Positions 18,624-28,047 of a stretch of DNA of 64,000 nucleotides are shown piece after piece. The notes under the pieces were generated by a model that was not told the DNA's origin, made no database searches, and saw only the letters and a program-made list of their open reading frames with translations. Numbering within the stretch: the first letter of the stretch is position 1; each line of letters starts with the position of its first letter. This stretch comes from Verrucomicrobiia bacterium (GTDB taxonomy: Bacteria > Verrucomicrobiota > Verrucomicrobiia > Limisphaerales > UBA1100): assembly GCA_014239365.1 (NCBI GenBank), contig JAAZZB010000006.1, forward strand, positions 75,189 through 139,188. The letters are read 5' to 3'. A program made the translations under genes and the position numbers.

Positions 18624-21600
18624 TCACTCCCCGCGCAGGTACGCCAGCAAATCGGCCATCGCCGCTGGCGGCAGCGCGGCTTCGAGGCCGGGGGGCATTA
18701 GGGAAAGGCCGGTGCTTTGGAGGGTTTTGATGTTGGCGCGGAGGATGATTTGTTCGGCGCCAATGGCGGTGCGCAGCGTGAGGCTGGTGGGGGTCTCAGC
18801 GGTGATGACGCCGGTGTGCGCGGTGGCGTTGCGGGTGATGATGACGTAGCCGACGTACTTGTCTTCCACGGCGCGATTGGGATCGAGGATGGCGGTGAGC
18901 CAATCGGCGGTGGGCTTGGCGGCGAAGAGGGCGGGGTCCGGACCGACAGGATTGCCTTGATTATTGAACCGATGGCAAACGGCGCAGTTGGCTTTGAACA
19001 GGAACGCGCCGTCTTCGGCGTTGCCTTTGAGTTTCCCAATACCGGCATAGCGGGCGATGACTTTGGCGCGGTTGGGATCGACTTTGCCGAAGAGTTGGAT
19101 GGCGCGTGCGCGGAGGGTGGCGTCGGTGTGTTTGGTAAATTTCTGGCGATGCGCGGGGCTGATTTGGTTGGCGGCCAAATCGCCTTTCTCGAGCGCAGCG
19201 AGAAGGGCTTGCGTCCACGCGGGGCGGGTGAGGAGGGTTTCAATCGCTTCGGCGCGGATGGCGGGGCTGAAGGTTTGCCAACTACCGAGTAATGCGCTGA
19301 CCAAGTGCGGCTGATGAATTTTTCGCAACGTGGCGAAGGCGGTTTTTTGAAGCGCGGGCGGATGCTCGGCGGCGAGTAATTTGACGAGGGTTTTTTTGTC
19401 GGCATCAATCGGTTCGAGACCACGCCCGAGAAGCGGAATGGCAGCTTGGCGTTCGGCGACGGTGGCGTTGGGATTGGCGGCGGTGGCGCGGGCGTGTTTG
19501 AACAGGGCGGCGGTTTTGGTAAGGGCGGCTTTGAGTTTGGGCGGAGCGGTCTTTTGGAAATCGATGAGAGTTTGGCCGCGGGCGTGGAGGGCGTCGAGCA
19601 GTCCGGCCAAGATGGTGAGGTCGGCGGGAGTAAGATCATTGAGCACGAGCGCGAGGGCGTCGAGTTGCTCGCCGGTGGTGGCGAGTTTGAGGAGGTGATT
19701 GGAAAGCGCGGCGGGCGGGCGGCCTTTCTGCGAAAAGATTTGCTTGAGCATCGCGGCGGCGTGCGGGGCGGCGGAGCTTTTCACCGCCAACTGAATGTCA
19801 GCATTTTTGGGATGCTGCACGGCAAGGTAAACAAGGCCTTCGGTGACAAGCTGGCCCTTGCCTTGGCCGAGGGTGAAGGCGAGCTGGCGGAGGACGCGGG
19901 GGGATTTGTCGGTGAGGCATTGGCGGGCGAGCGCTTCGTTGCCGCCCTCGCATAAACGCACGGCGTGTTCGCGGACGGCCGCGTGGTCATCGCGCAGAGC
20001 ACGGGCAAGGGTTTCTTTGTTGAGCGCGTTCAAGCCCGCGAGGGTGTGCAGGGCGTGGATGCGTGCTTGGGGCGAAACGATTCCGCGCAACATATTGGCG
20101 GCGATGGAGCCGAGGCGCTGATGGGTTTTCGGGTCGTTGCGCGTGATGAGCAATCGCTGGGCGGTGTCGCGTTGCCAACCGTTGGGATGGTCGAGTGCCC
20201 AGACGAGTTGTCGCGTGGGGAGTTTATCGAGGCGCGGGATTTTTCGCAGCTTTGCGCCTTTGGGAACCACGCGCCAAATGCGTCCTTTGTCGTGGCCGGC
20301 GCGGAGGTCCACGCGGCTTTGCATCGTGGCGGGAATCCACTCGGGATGCTCGATGATGAGGCGGTACATATCGGCGATGTACAACGCGCCGTCGGGGCCG
20401 GTTTTGAGTTGCACGGGGCGAAACCAGTTGTCGGTGCTGGCGAGGAATTCGCTTTTCTCTTCGCCCGCCGCGCGGTGGCTCTTGAAGCTCACGCCGTCGG
20501 GCACGAGCACTTCGCGATGGACGAGATTGTGCACCGGTTCGCTGATGAACACGCTGCGCGCAAACTCTTTGCCGAACAAGCCGCCGCGATAAGGCGTGGC
20601 GCTGTTGGCGCTGGTCACGTGTCCGTAGCTTTGCGGTTGATTCGGGCGCACCATCTTCGCGCTGATGGGGAAACAGCGGTTGCTGGAAAACGTATTGCGA
20701 CGCGTGGCCCCCACGGCGAGCTGCGGATTGCGCGCGAGGTAACGCAACGGCACGTGGTAATGCCACAGCCAGTTTGGGTTGTTGTTGCCGAACCAATTCC
20801 CCCAGTCATCGCGCCAACGGCCGAACTGTGTTTGGCCCGCGACGGCTTCGAATTCGCCAGTCATCTTAAAACGAAAATCGCGTCCGCTTATATTAGTGCG
20901 CGCGCCCGTGGCTTTGCTGGTGATCGTGCCGCCGCTGTCGCCGTTGGCGGCGTAAATCCAGTTGTCCAGCCCGAGCGCAAAGCCATTCATCCGATGCTGC
21001 TGATTGCCCTCGCGGAAGCCGGTGAAAAGCACGCGGCGCACATCGGCGCGGCCATCGCCGGTGGTGTCCTCGGCGTAGAGGATGTCCGGCGCGGCACTGA
21101 TGAGCACGCCCTTGCCCCACGCGAGCACGCCATTGGGAAAATTCAGGCCCTCGAGAAACACCGTCGATTTTTCATAACGCCCGTCGCCGTCCGCATCCTC
21201 CAGCCAACGCACCACGCCGCCGGGTTTGCCATCGATGCCGAGCGGATAATCGCCCATCTCGGCCACCCAAAGTTTGCCGTCCGCGCCCCAGTCGAACGCC
21301 ACCGGATCGCGCAATTGCGGCTCGCTCGCGACGAGCTGCACCGCGAAGCCCTCGCGCACTTGAAAGCATTGGCGGCTTTCCTCCGGCTCCTTCGCCTTCG
21401 GCCCGCCGAAATCCAGCAACTCCTTAAACGACCGCCGATCCACCACATCCGGCAAATGCGCCGTGTCCTCGTTTTGAACCCACAAGTGCCCGCTATGAAA
21501 CCACGCGCCATTATTCGGATGCTTGCCCCCGCGCGAAATCATCGGGATCGCATCCTTGTCCCCGCGCTTCCCCTCGCGCGCCATCGTCCATCCCGGCTTC

Positions 21601-23369
21601 CATCCCAACCCCGGATTCACCCGCGTCTCCCAAAGATAAACGCCCCAGCGTTTTTCATTAGAAAAAACAATGTCATCAAATCCGTCGCCGTTGAGGTCGA
21701 TGAAGCGCACGCCGTTGTCTTTGCCTTCTTTGTTTACGATGGTTAACCCTTTGGGCAGTGTAAACGGGAGCTTTACCCAAGATTTCTTTTTATCGTTCCA
21801 TTCATAGATGAAGTTCTCGTGTTCATTGCTAACGATGCACTCGCACTGACCATTGTTGTTAATGTCACGAAGGCGAATGCCAACATCACGGGGTGCTGTT
21901 GTATCGAACGTTTTGAGATTCGTGTAACCAATGACTGATTCGATTAAATCGAGCCCCTTTCTTAGAGCCTTATCTTCCTTCCATTTGCCTTTAGAAAATG
22001 TCCAAAATCTCGGATATAAAATGGTGTCTTCATACGAGCCACGACATTGCTCGAACGCTGAAACTTTTCCTTTATGAATGATCCCGAAATTAACCTCTGA
22101 GTTTACTGCACGAGAATCGCCATTCATTTCTTTCCCAATCCCAAATGGTTGCTCAGTTCTTTCCCACTTTCGCTCCTTCGGTTTCCAAATTCGGGTTACT
22201 TGGTGGAGCATCTTGTTGATGAGAATGTCCATATAGCCGTCGCCGTTTACATCAACGAGTCGTGTTCCCCTGTCAGAGTTAAGCGCGTGTGGATGTCGGA
22301 TTTGTTCGTTTTCAGCCATTTTCTCCAGCCGCTCCGCGCACTCTTTAAAATTCAAAAACTTCACCTTCTTGCCGTAGGTTTTTTCCGCGTAGTCGATGAG
22401 GGCGACGAGTTGGTCGGGGCTGCTCCAGCCGTGGGGGTGGAAGACGAGGTTCATCACACCCTGTTTGCGCACGGTGACGTCGAGGGCGCGTTTCCAATCC
22501 TCGAGCAGTTGCGGCTGGCGATCGCCGATGAGATTGTGCGCCTCCCAATCGCTCGGCACCGTGCAAGGAAATTCCCAGCATAGGCGGTTGACCACATAAG
22601 GATACGGATAATCCTCAATCGTGCCGACGTACGAACCCATCGTGCGCATCCCCTTGCGATGTTTGGGCGTGACCTTGCGGGGGAGATACTTGGCGAAGCG
22701 CTCGGTGCCGTCCTTGTCCAGCACCCACTCGCGCGGGAGGGATTTATCCTTGGAGGTGGTGATGTTGAACACCGAGGAATCGATTTTCAAAAACCGCCCG
22801 CCCTCGCTGGTCTGGTTAAAAATCTCCGCAAAGAAGCGCGGGCTCAAACTGTTCATCGAATCGCAACACGGCATCCGATAAGCGACCGGATTGTTCCCCT
22901 TAATTTGGCTGAGCAAATCCACCCCGCCGTGAACGACATTCGCCGCCTGCAAAAAATTTCCCTTCTGCAAAAGCGGACACGGATGCGAAAGCGTGTGCAC
23001 CTCAATGCTCAAGCCCTCCTTCAACCACGCCTGCACCTGCTTATCATCCGGCGCAATCCGGCACGTCATAATACTCACCGGCGCGCGCCCATCGATTTTT
23101 TTCAACCGCTCCAAAATCGGCCGCAAAAATTTCTCATACCCCGCCGCAGCCCGCATGTCATCGATGCCCAAAGTGACCACCGCCTCCACCCCGTCCTCGC
23201 CCACCCACTGCGGCGTAATCAACTTCGGGAAATCCCGATGCGGATAAAACGGACTCGGATCATCAAGGTAAGTCAGACGATTCGCGGGGCTCTTGGAAAC
23301 ATGAGTTTGGGCGAAAGCCGGAAGGGCCAGCGCGAAGAGTAACAGCAGCAACAACCGAATGGAATTCAT
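18624..23369 (-). CDS. Multidomain PVC-type heme protein: deacetylase-like N-terminal domain, FG-GAP region, dehydrogenase beta-propeller, HEAT-like repeats, cytochrome c
   Basis: LGIDD and EVHTLSH motifs; DVNGDG/DLNGDG; VASEPQLRDPVAFDWGADGKLWVAEMGDYP; CAVCH; SLMPPGLE. Confidence 0.9.
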   Translation of the reverse strand: MNSIRLLLLLLFALALPAFAQTHVSKSPANRLTYLDDPSPFYPHRDFPKLITPQWVGEDGVEAVVTLGIDDMRAAAGYEKFLRPILERLKKIDGRAPVSIMTCRIAPDDKQVQAWLKEGLSIEVHTLSHPCPLLQKGNFLQAANVVHGGVDLLSQIKGNNPVAYRMPCCDSMNSLSPRFFAEIFNQTSEGGRFLKIDSSVFNITTSKDKSLPREWVLDKDGTERFAKYLPRKVTPKHRKGMRTMGSYVGTIEDYPYPYVVNRLCWEFPCTVPSDWEAHNLIGDRQPQLLEDWKRALDVTVRKQGVMNLVFHPHGWSSPDQLVALIDYAEKTYGKKVKFLNFKECAERLEKMAENEQIRHPHALNSDRGTRLVDVNGDGYMDILINKMLHQVTRIWKPKERKWERTEQPFGIGKEMNGDSRAVNSEVNFGIIHKGKVSAFEQCRGSYEDTILYPRFWTFSKGKWKEDKALRKGLDLIESVIGYTNLKTFDTTAPRDVGIRLRDINNNGQCECIVSNEHENFIYEWNDKKKSWVKLPFTLPKGLTIVNKEGKDNGVRFIDLNGDGFDDIVFSNEKRWGVYLWETRVNPGLGWKPGWTMAREGKRGDKDAIPMISRGGKHPNNGAWFHSGHLWVQNEDTAHLPDVVDRRSFKELLDFGGPKAKEPEESRQCFQVREGFAVQLVASEPQLRDPVAFDWGADGKLWVAEMGDYPLGIDGKPGGVVRWLEDADGDGRYEKSTVFLEGLNFPNGVLAWGKGVLISAAPDILYAEDTTGDGRADVRRVLFTGFREGNQQHRMNGFALGLDNWIYAANGDSGGTITSKATGARTNISGRDFRFKMTGEFEAVAGQTQFGRWRDDWGNWFGNNNPNWLWHYHVPLRYLARNPQLAVGATRRNTFSSNRCFPISAKMVRPNQPQSYGHVTSANSATPYRGGLFGKEFARSVFISEPVHNLVHREVLVPDGVSFKSHRAAGEEKSEFLASTDNWFRPVQLKTGPDGALYIADMYRLIIEHPEWIPATMQSRVDLRAGHDKGRIWRVVPKGAKLRKIPRLDKLPTRQLVWALDHPNGWQRDTAQRLLITRNDPKTHQRLGSIAANMLRGIVSPQARIHALHTLAGLNALNKETLARALRDDHAAVREHAVRLCEGGNEALARQCLTDKSPRVLRQLAFTLGQGKGQLVTEGLVYLAVQHPKNADIQLAVKSSAAPHAAAMLKQIFSQKGRPPAALSNHLLKLATTGEQLDALALVLNDLTPADLTILAGLLDALHARGQTLIDFQKTAPPKLKAALTKTAALFKHARATAANPNATVAERQAAIPLLGRGLEPIDADKKTLVKLLAAEHPPALQKTAFATLRKIHQPHLVSALLGSWQTFSPAIRAEAIETLLTRPAWTQALLAALEKGDLAANQISPAHRQKFTKHTDATLRARAIQLFGKVDPNRAKVIARYAGIGKLKGNAEDGAFLFKANCAVCHRFNNQGNPVGPDPALFAAKPTADWLTAILDPNRAVEDKYVGYVIITRNATAHTGVITAETPTSLTLRTAIGAEQIILRANIKTLQSTGLSLMPPGLEAALPPAAMADLLAYLRGE

Positions 23370-23415
23370 CCATCAAAAGTAAAAGGGGGGAAGCAGAAAG
23401 TCAAAGCCACAGAAA

Positions 23416-23470
23416 GGTAGGGCGTGCTGTCCCAGCGCGCCACGGCGGGATGGGGACACCCCGCCCTACC
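23416..23470. repeat. GTAG-type REP doublet
   Basis: GGTAGGGCG...CGCCCTACC with internal hairpins; supplies the TAG stop of the gene ending at 23466. Confidence 0.8.
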
Positions 23471-24818
23471 TCTTCAGCGAGGAGGCGGCCGTGACTTCCA
23501 CTTTGAAGGCGTGAAATACTTCCTGTCCGCTGGCGTCGGTGAGGGTAAGAATGACGCTTTGGGGGCCGGGCTCCTGAGTGGCGGGGATTTTCCACGTCAA
23601 CCGATTCCGGCGAATCTTCATTCCATCCGGCCCACTGCTGAGGACGGCTTTGGCGCGACCGCGCGCGGATAAAATTTCCAACTCATAAGAATACGTCTGG
23701 CCAGCAGTAACGCGCTTGGGTGGCACGGAACTGGCAAAAAGATAATCGATGCCCTTCTCTTTCATCACTTCCACCAACGACACGCGCCGGAGAATGAGCT
23801 CATCATTCGAAGGCGCAAGCGTGAGCAAGAGATTTGCATTCGGGAAAAAATGGATGCGCTGATCGATGGGCAACCGCGCGGAGAATGCGCCGTGCAGTTC
23901 CTCAAGTTCGGGCAGTGTGATGAGGAGTTGGCGATCGTTGGCGGTGAAGAACGAAATCGATGGCTTCGCCTTGGGGCGTTGGCCGTAGTACGGGCCCGTA
24001 CCTTTGACGCCCATTATGTAAGCGGGATGGTAAGTGGGCAAACAACGCAAACCATCGAAGCGCGCTTTGTTGAGCTGCGTCAGTTCCTGCGAGTACACGC
24101 CGCCGCTGGTGAGCACGAGGCTGCCGTCCGGGCTGGGGATGAGGTAACCGGCACTGGAATGTTGGCTGCGCACGTGATGTGATTTGCCAATCAAAGTAAG
24201 CAGACGAATGCCAGAAGGCGAAATGCCCGGCGCCCACGCGGTAAAGGAAGTGCCATCAAGCGAGGCGCGTATGCGCAGCGGATGGCTCGGATGCGCCATC
24301 CAAAAAGTATCCTTTTGACCGAACGAAACTTGTTTCAATGTCAACGGATCATAAAAACGCGCGCCCTTGCGCGTGAGCAACAGCGCCGGCCCCGACGAGC
24401 CCGCGCCCATCACTAAGGCATCGATCGTGGCGGTTTCCTCCAAGGGCAAGGTGAGTTCTTTTTTGAAGGACTTGAGATCCCAACGCTGAATCAATTTATG
24501 ATCGCGTGCCACCATCAACAGCTTGTCCATTCCGCCCGCGAGCAAAATGTCATCCGCGCCAATGCGGAGATGCTTTACAATTTTCCCCGCCGCCACATCG
24601 AACACCGCCAATTGTCGCAGCTTGGGTAAATGAAAAATAAGAAAACGCCCGCCACCTACAGCCGTCACCGAGCTTGCGGTTGACGGCAGCGTTCGTTTCA
24701 GCATACCGCTCTTCGGAAAATTCGGTTCCTTCATCGACGCACCGATTGCGGAGGAAGTGGAACTTGGCACGCCACACCCCAAAGCAGCAGCCAACAAAAT
24801 CATCATCGCGGGTTTCAT
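23466..24818 (-). CDS. Putative lipoprotein, beta-propeller-like with C-terminal Ig-like domain
   Basis: Lipobox-like AALGC; C-terminal YSYELEI...LSSGPDGMKI....LTWKIP resembles He_PIG/cadherin-like domains. Confidence 0.7.
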   Translation of the reverse strand: MKPAMMILLAAALGCGVPSSTSSAIGASMKEPNFPKSGMLKRTLPSTASSVTAVGGGRFLIFHLPKLRQLAVFDVAAGKIVKHLRIGADDILLAGGMDKLLMVARDHKLIQRWDLKSFKKELTLPLEETATIDALVMGAGSSGPALLLTRKGARFYDPLTLKQVSFGQKDTFWMAHPSHPLRIRASLDGTSFTAWAPGISPSGIRLLTLIGKSHHVRSQHSSAGYLIPSPDGSLVLTSGGVYSQELTQLNKARFDGLRCLPTYHPAYIMGVKGTGPYYGQRPKAKPSISFFTANDRQLLITLPELEELHGAFSARLPIDQRIHFFPNANLLLTLAPSNDELILRRVSLVEVMKEKGIDYLFASSVPPKRVTAGQTYSYELEILSARGRAKAVLSSGPDGMKIRRNRLTWKIPATQEPGPQSVILTLTDASGQEVFHAFKVEVTAASSLKR

Positions 24819-24860
24819 TCGGAAAAACGTAAAAGATGAAACGCACAAAGTCAAAGCCAC

Positions 24861-25424
24861 TTACCGCACCACCACGCATTCGGGCAACGCGGCTTCCAGC
24901 TCGGCCACGGCGGCATCGGTCACCGGTGAGGCGGTCAGCAAGAGCAGACGCAAGCTTGTCAAACCGGCTAAATGTTTGAGGCCGGCATCGGTGATTTTTG
25001 TGTCGTACAAATATAATGCGCGCAATTTTGTTTGGCCCGCCAATTTGGCGAGGGCGGCATCGGTCACGGCCAAACTGCCGAGCCCCAGCCACAGTAAATT
25101 TCCTTCGGCATCAAAATCGTGATCCATCGCCAACGATTCCACGGCGGCTTTGAGATTTCCCTTTTGTTGGAGCGCACGCAGCAAGGGATCGCTCGTGGGA
25201 CTGGAGGGAGTGGAGGGATTTACGGGCGGGGAATTGGTGGCGGGAATTGCCGGTGCATTGGTTTGAATTGGCGCAGGATTGTTTGTGGCATTTGCAGCTT
25301 TCGCAGGCGGTGGGAGGTCGGCCGGTTTTTTGTCCTTCATCGTCACCGCCAAAAAAATGGCCAACGTCAAACCCAACCCAGCCAAGGATACGACGATTAT
25401 TTGATTTCTGGATACTGCGGCCAT
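24861..25424 (-). CDS. Membrane-anchored leucine-rich repeat protein
   Basis: N-terminal TM, Pro/Asn-rich linker, LRR units L..L.L..T.ITDAGLKHLAGLTSL. Confidence 0.85.
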   Translation of the reverse strand: MAAVSRNQIIVVSLAGLGLTLAIFLAVTMKDKKPADLPPPAKAANATNNPAPIQTNAPAIPATNSPPVNPSTPSSPTSDPLLRALQQKGNLKAAVESLAMDHDFDAEGNLLWLGLGSLAVTDAALAKLAGQTKLRALYLYDTKITDAGLKHLAGLTSLRLLLLTASPVTDAAVAELEAALPECVVVR

Positions 25425-25473
25425 CGCTCGGTGGCCCAATGTGCCCGTCCGCGAACGAAACGGCAAGGGAAGG

Positions 25474-26283
25474 TTATTGCGCGGATTGAAACTCAACCGA
25501 CAAACGTTGCCCTTCAGCCACGGCCTCGGGGATCATTTGGTCGGTGAGCAATTCCTTGTCACGTTGTGCCTGTCGGTGATTTGCTGCCGCAGCAAGGTTC
25601 AGCCATTTATAAGCTAGCACGAGATCCTGCTCCACGCCTTCACCGTGCGCGTAGCACAAGCCCGCGTAGTATTGGGCGTCCACGTGCAAATTTTCTGCCG
25701 CGCGTAAAAACCATTTCGCAGCCTCCACGTCATCCTTGGGCACACCCTCGCCCACTTTGCAAAAGTAACCCATTTGAATTTGCGCATCGGCATAGCCCTG
25801 ATCGGCGGCCTTTTTCATCCACGCGGCAGCAGCCAGATCATCCTCGAGCACGCCGCGGCCATCGGCCAACATCAGCGCCAGATTGTACCGCGCCTTTTCC
25901 AAGCCTTGTTGCGCTGCCCGTTCGTAGTACATCGCAGCCAGAGGAATATCCTTTTTCACTCCGGTGCCTTTTTCGAGCATCAACGCTAAATTAAATTGCG
26001 CTTCCGCCAAACCCGTATCAGCAGCTTTTTGATACCACTCCGCCGCGGTGACTAATTGTCCGGCGACATCGTGCTGCAACCCCAAATTAAACTGTGCTTC
26101 CGGATTGCCCGCCTCGGCTTTGCTCCGATCAATCGGTGGCTGAGTGTGGGTTGGAATCGGAAACCCGTTTGGCTGGGGAACATCAACTTCCGGAGCAACC
26201 GGTGTGCTCGTGGAACCGCAACCCGCCAGAAAAAACGCCACGGCCAATCCCGTCGCCGCACAAATGTTCAAGTTAGTTTTCAT
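25474..26283 (-). CDS. Sel1-repeat lipoprotein
   Basis: FLAGC lipobox; five Sel1 units. Confidence 0.9.
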   Translation of the reverse strand: MKTNLNICAATGLAVAFFLAGCGSTSTPVAPEVDVPQPNGFPIPTHTQPPIDRSKAEAGNPEAQFNLGLQHDVAGQLVTAAEWYQKAADTGLAEAQFNLALMLEKGTGVKKDIPLAAMYYERAAQQGLEKARYNLALMLADGRGVLEDDLAAAAWMKKAADQGYADAQIQMGYFCKVGEGVPKDDVEAAKWFLRAAENLHVDAQYYAGLCYAHGEGVEQDLVLAYKWLNLAAAANHRQAQRDKELLTDQMIPEAVAEGQRLSVEFQSAQ

Positions 26284-26357
26284 GCAAAAATACCGCCCAT
26301 GGAGTAGCGGGGACAGTAGCAAAAATGAAGACGCCCATCAAGCCGGAACGTTACAGA

Positions 26358-26735
26358 TCAGTCCGGCGCGCCCATTTCCGCGCGCAAAGCGTCGAGGTCA
26401 TCCGGGCTAAATTGCCGCGCCACTGCATCAAGATTTTTGCCCGCCTTGCGATCGCCCTGATTCGCCGCCTGAAAAAAGAACCGATACGCCTTCAGCAAAT
26501 CCTGCTCCACGCCATCGCCCGAAAAATGCCGCGCGCCCAAATTATTCTGCGCCAGCATATGCCCCGCCGCCGCCGCTTGTTGCAGCCACTCCACCGCCAC
26601 ATCGTCATCCAGCTCCACGCCCATCCCCAAAGCGTGCCGCCAGCCCAACTCATACTGCGCCTCCAGCGCCTCGGCATCGCCCCCCTCCGCCTTGGCGGTG
26701 AGGGCTTCCAGATTCAGTTCATTTTCGTCAGTCAT
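26358..26735 (-). CDS. Small Sel1-repeat protein
   Basis: AQYELG...GMGVELD and AQNNLG...GDGVEQD. Confidence 0.88.
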   Translation of the reverse strand: MTDENELNLEALTAKAEGGDAEALEAQYELGWRHALGMGVELDDDVAVEWLQQAAAAGHMLAQNNLGARHFSGDGVEQDLLKAYRFFFQAANQGDRKAGKNLDAVARQFSPDDLDALRAEMGAPD

Positions 26736-26782
26736 TTTTTCGCGGGCAACGAGACTGCACTCCACCTAACTTTATGGCGAGC

Positions 26783-26810
26783 TTGACATTCGTACCAATT
26801 GTGGTACATT
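26783..26810 (+). promoter_or_regulatory. Sigma70 promoter with overlapping TA operator palindrome
   Basis: TTGACA-N16-TACATT with extended TG; GTACCA-ATTG-TGGTAC palindrome; ATG 6 nt after the -10. Confidence 0.75.
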
Positions 26811-26816
26811 AGCCAA

Positions 26817-27167
26817 ATGGCAATTGAACGGCCCATTCCAGTTTGGTTTTTCCAGACAGCAAAAGGGAATGAGCCGGTTCGGGAATGGTTGCGAGGATTA
26901 CCCAAGGCCGATCGCCGACGAATTGGCGAGGATTTGAAAACCGCCCAATTCGGCTGGCCATTGGGGATGCCGTTGGTGCGCAAGTTGGAATCAGATTTAT
27001 GGGAAGTGCGCACGCGATTGACCGGTCGCATCGCGCGGGTGCTGCTCACCGCAAGCGATCACGGCTTGGTGCTGTTGCACGGGTTTATCAAAAAAACTAA
27101 AAAAACGCCGGCGGCTGACCTCGCTCTGGCCCGCCGCCGACTACGACAACTTGATTATGAAAAATAA
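26817..27167 (+). CDS. RelE/HigB-like toxin (Gp49/DUF891 type)
   Basis: FFQTAKGNEPVREWL...GWPLGMPLVRKL..DLWEVR...LLHGFIKKTKKTP. Confidence 0.92.
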   Translation: MAIERPIPVWFFQTAKGNEPVREWLRGLPKADRRRIGEDLKTAQFGWPLGMPLVRKLESDLWEVRTRLTGRIARVLLTASDHGLVLLHGFIKKTKKTPAADLALARRRLRQLDYEK

Positions 27168-27471
27168 TAATAAACATATCGGAAGCAACTTGGACGATTT
27201 TCTGGCTGAAGACGGCACCTTGGCTCAGGCGGAAAGCGTGGCCATCAAGCGAGTGATCGCACATCAACTCGCCAGATTGATGGAGCGGCAACAACTTACA
27301 AAGACCGCGATGGCCCGCCGCATGCACACCAGTCGCGCGGCGGTGGATCGCCTGATGGATCCCGCCAATGCATCCGTCACGCTGTCCACTCTCAGCCGCG
27401 CCGCCAATGCGTTGGGCACAAATCTACAAGTGAAACTTTCCCGACCGCGGGCAGCGGCCAAGGTGGCCTAA
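27157..27471 (+). CDS. XRE/HTH antitoxin (HigA-like)
   Basis: HIGSNLDDFL...LTKTAMARRMHTSRAAVDRLMDP.N.SVTL.TL; overlaps the toxin end. Confidence 0.9.
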   Translation: MKNNNKHIGSNLDDFLAEDGTLAQAESVAIKRVIAHQLARLMERQQLTKTAMARRMHTSRAAVDRLMDPANASVTLSTLSRAANALGTNLQVKLSRPRAAAKVA

Positions 27472-27914
27472 TCTTTCCGGCTGTCCATCACGAAGGTGAC
27501 GGGGCCGTCGTTGATGAGGCTCACGTCCATCATCGCGCCGAACTCGCCGGTTTGCACGGGCACTTCAAGTGCGCGGAGTTGTTCGCAAAAATATTCGTAC
27601 AAGCGCTTGCCTTCCGCGGGTTCTGCCGCAGTGGTGAAGCTGGGCCGACGGCCTTTGCGCCAGTCGCCCGCCAGCGTGAATTGGCTGATCACCAAGGCGG
27701 CGCCGTTCACGTCGCGGATGGAATGGTTCATCTTACCATCGGCGTCATTGAAAATCCGAAAACCCGCGATGCGATCGGCCAAAAAATCCGCGTCCGACTC
27801 CGCATCGCCCTTGGCCACACCGAGGAGGATGACCAAGCCCGTGCCGATCTCGCCTGTGACGCGATCGCCCACGGTGACTTTAGCGGCGGTGGTGCGTTGG
27901 AGAACGGCGATCAT
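27468..27914 (-). CDS. dtd: D-aminoacyl-tRNA deacylase
   Basis: MIAVLQR, SQFTL, KGRRPSF, GEFGAMMDVSLINDGPVT. Confidence 0.95.
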   Translation of the reverse strand: MIAVLQRTTAAKVTVGDRVTGEIGTGLVILLGVAKGDAESDADFLADRIAGFRIFNDADGKMNHSIRDVNGAALVISQFTLAGDWRKGRRPSFTTAAEPAEGKRLYEYFCEQLRALEVPVQTGEFGAMMDVSLINDGPVTFVMDSRKD

Positions 27915-27920
27915 CGGTGA

Positions 27921-28047
27921 AGGCCCAATGACCAATGACCAAATCCCAATGAAATCCCAAACCCCAAGACCCAATTCAAACCGAACGCCCATTGAAAATT
28001 GGAGCTTGGGATTTCCTTGGTCATTGGGCCTTGGGAATTGGTCATTT
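27921..28047. repeat. Heptamer-periodic palindromic repeat element
   Basis: AGGCCCAATGACCAA (27921) pairs perfectly with TTGGTCATTGGGCCT (28017); AATCCCA/TTGGGA heptads. Confidence 0.75.

Noticed and set aside
19965-21746. 593-aa plus-strand ORF, and similar long antisense ORFs such as 32779-34038, 38802-40016 and 62964-63974
   Set aside because: Shadow frames of well-supported genes in GC-rich DNA, with no recognisable motifs.
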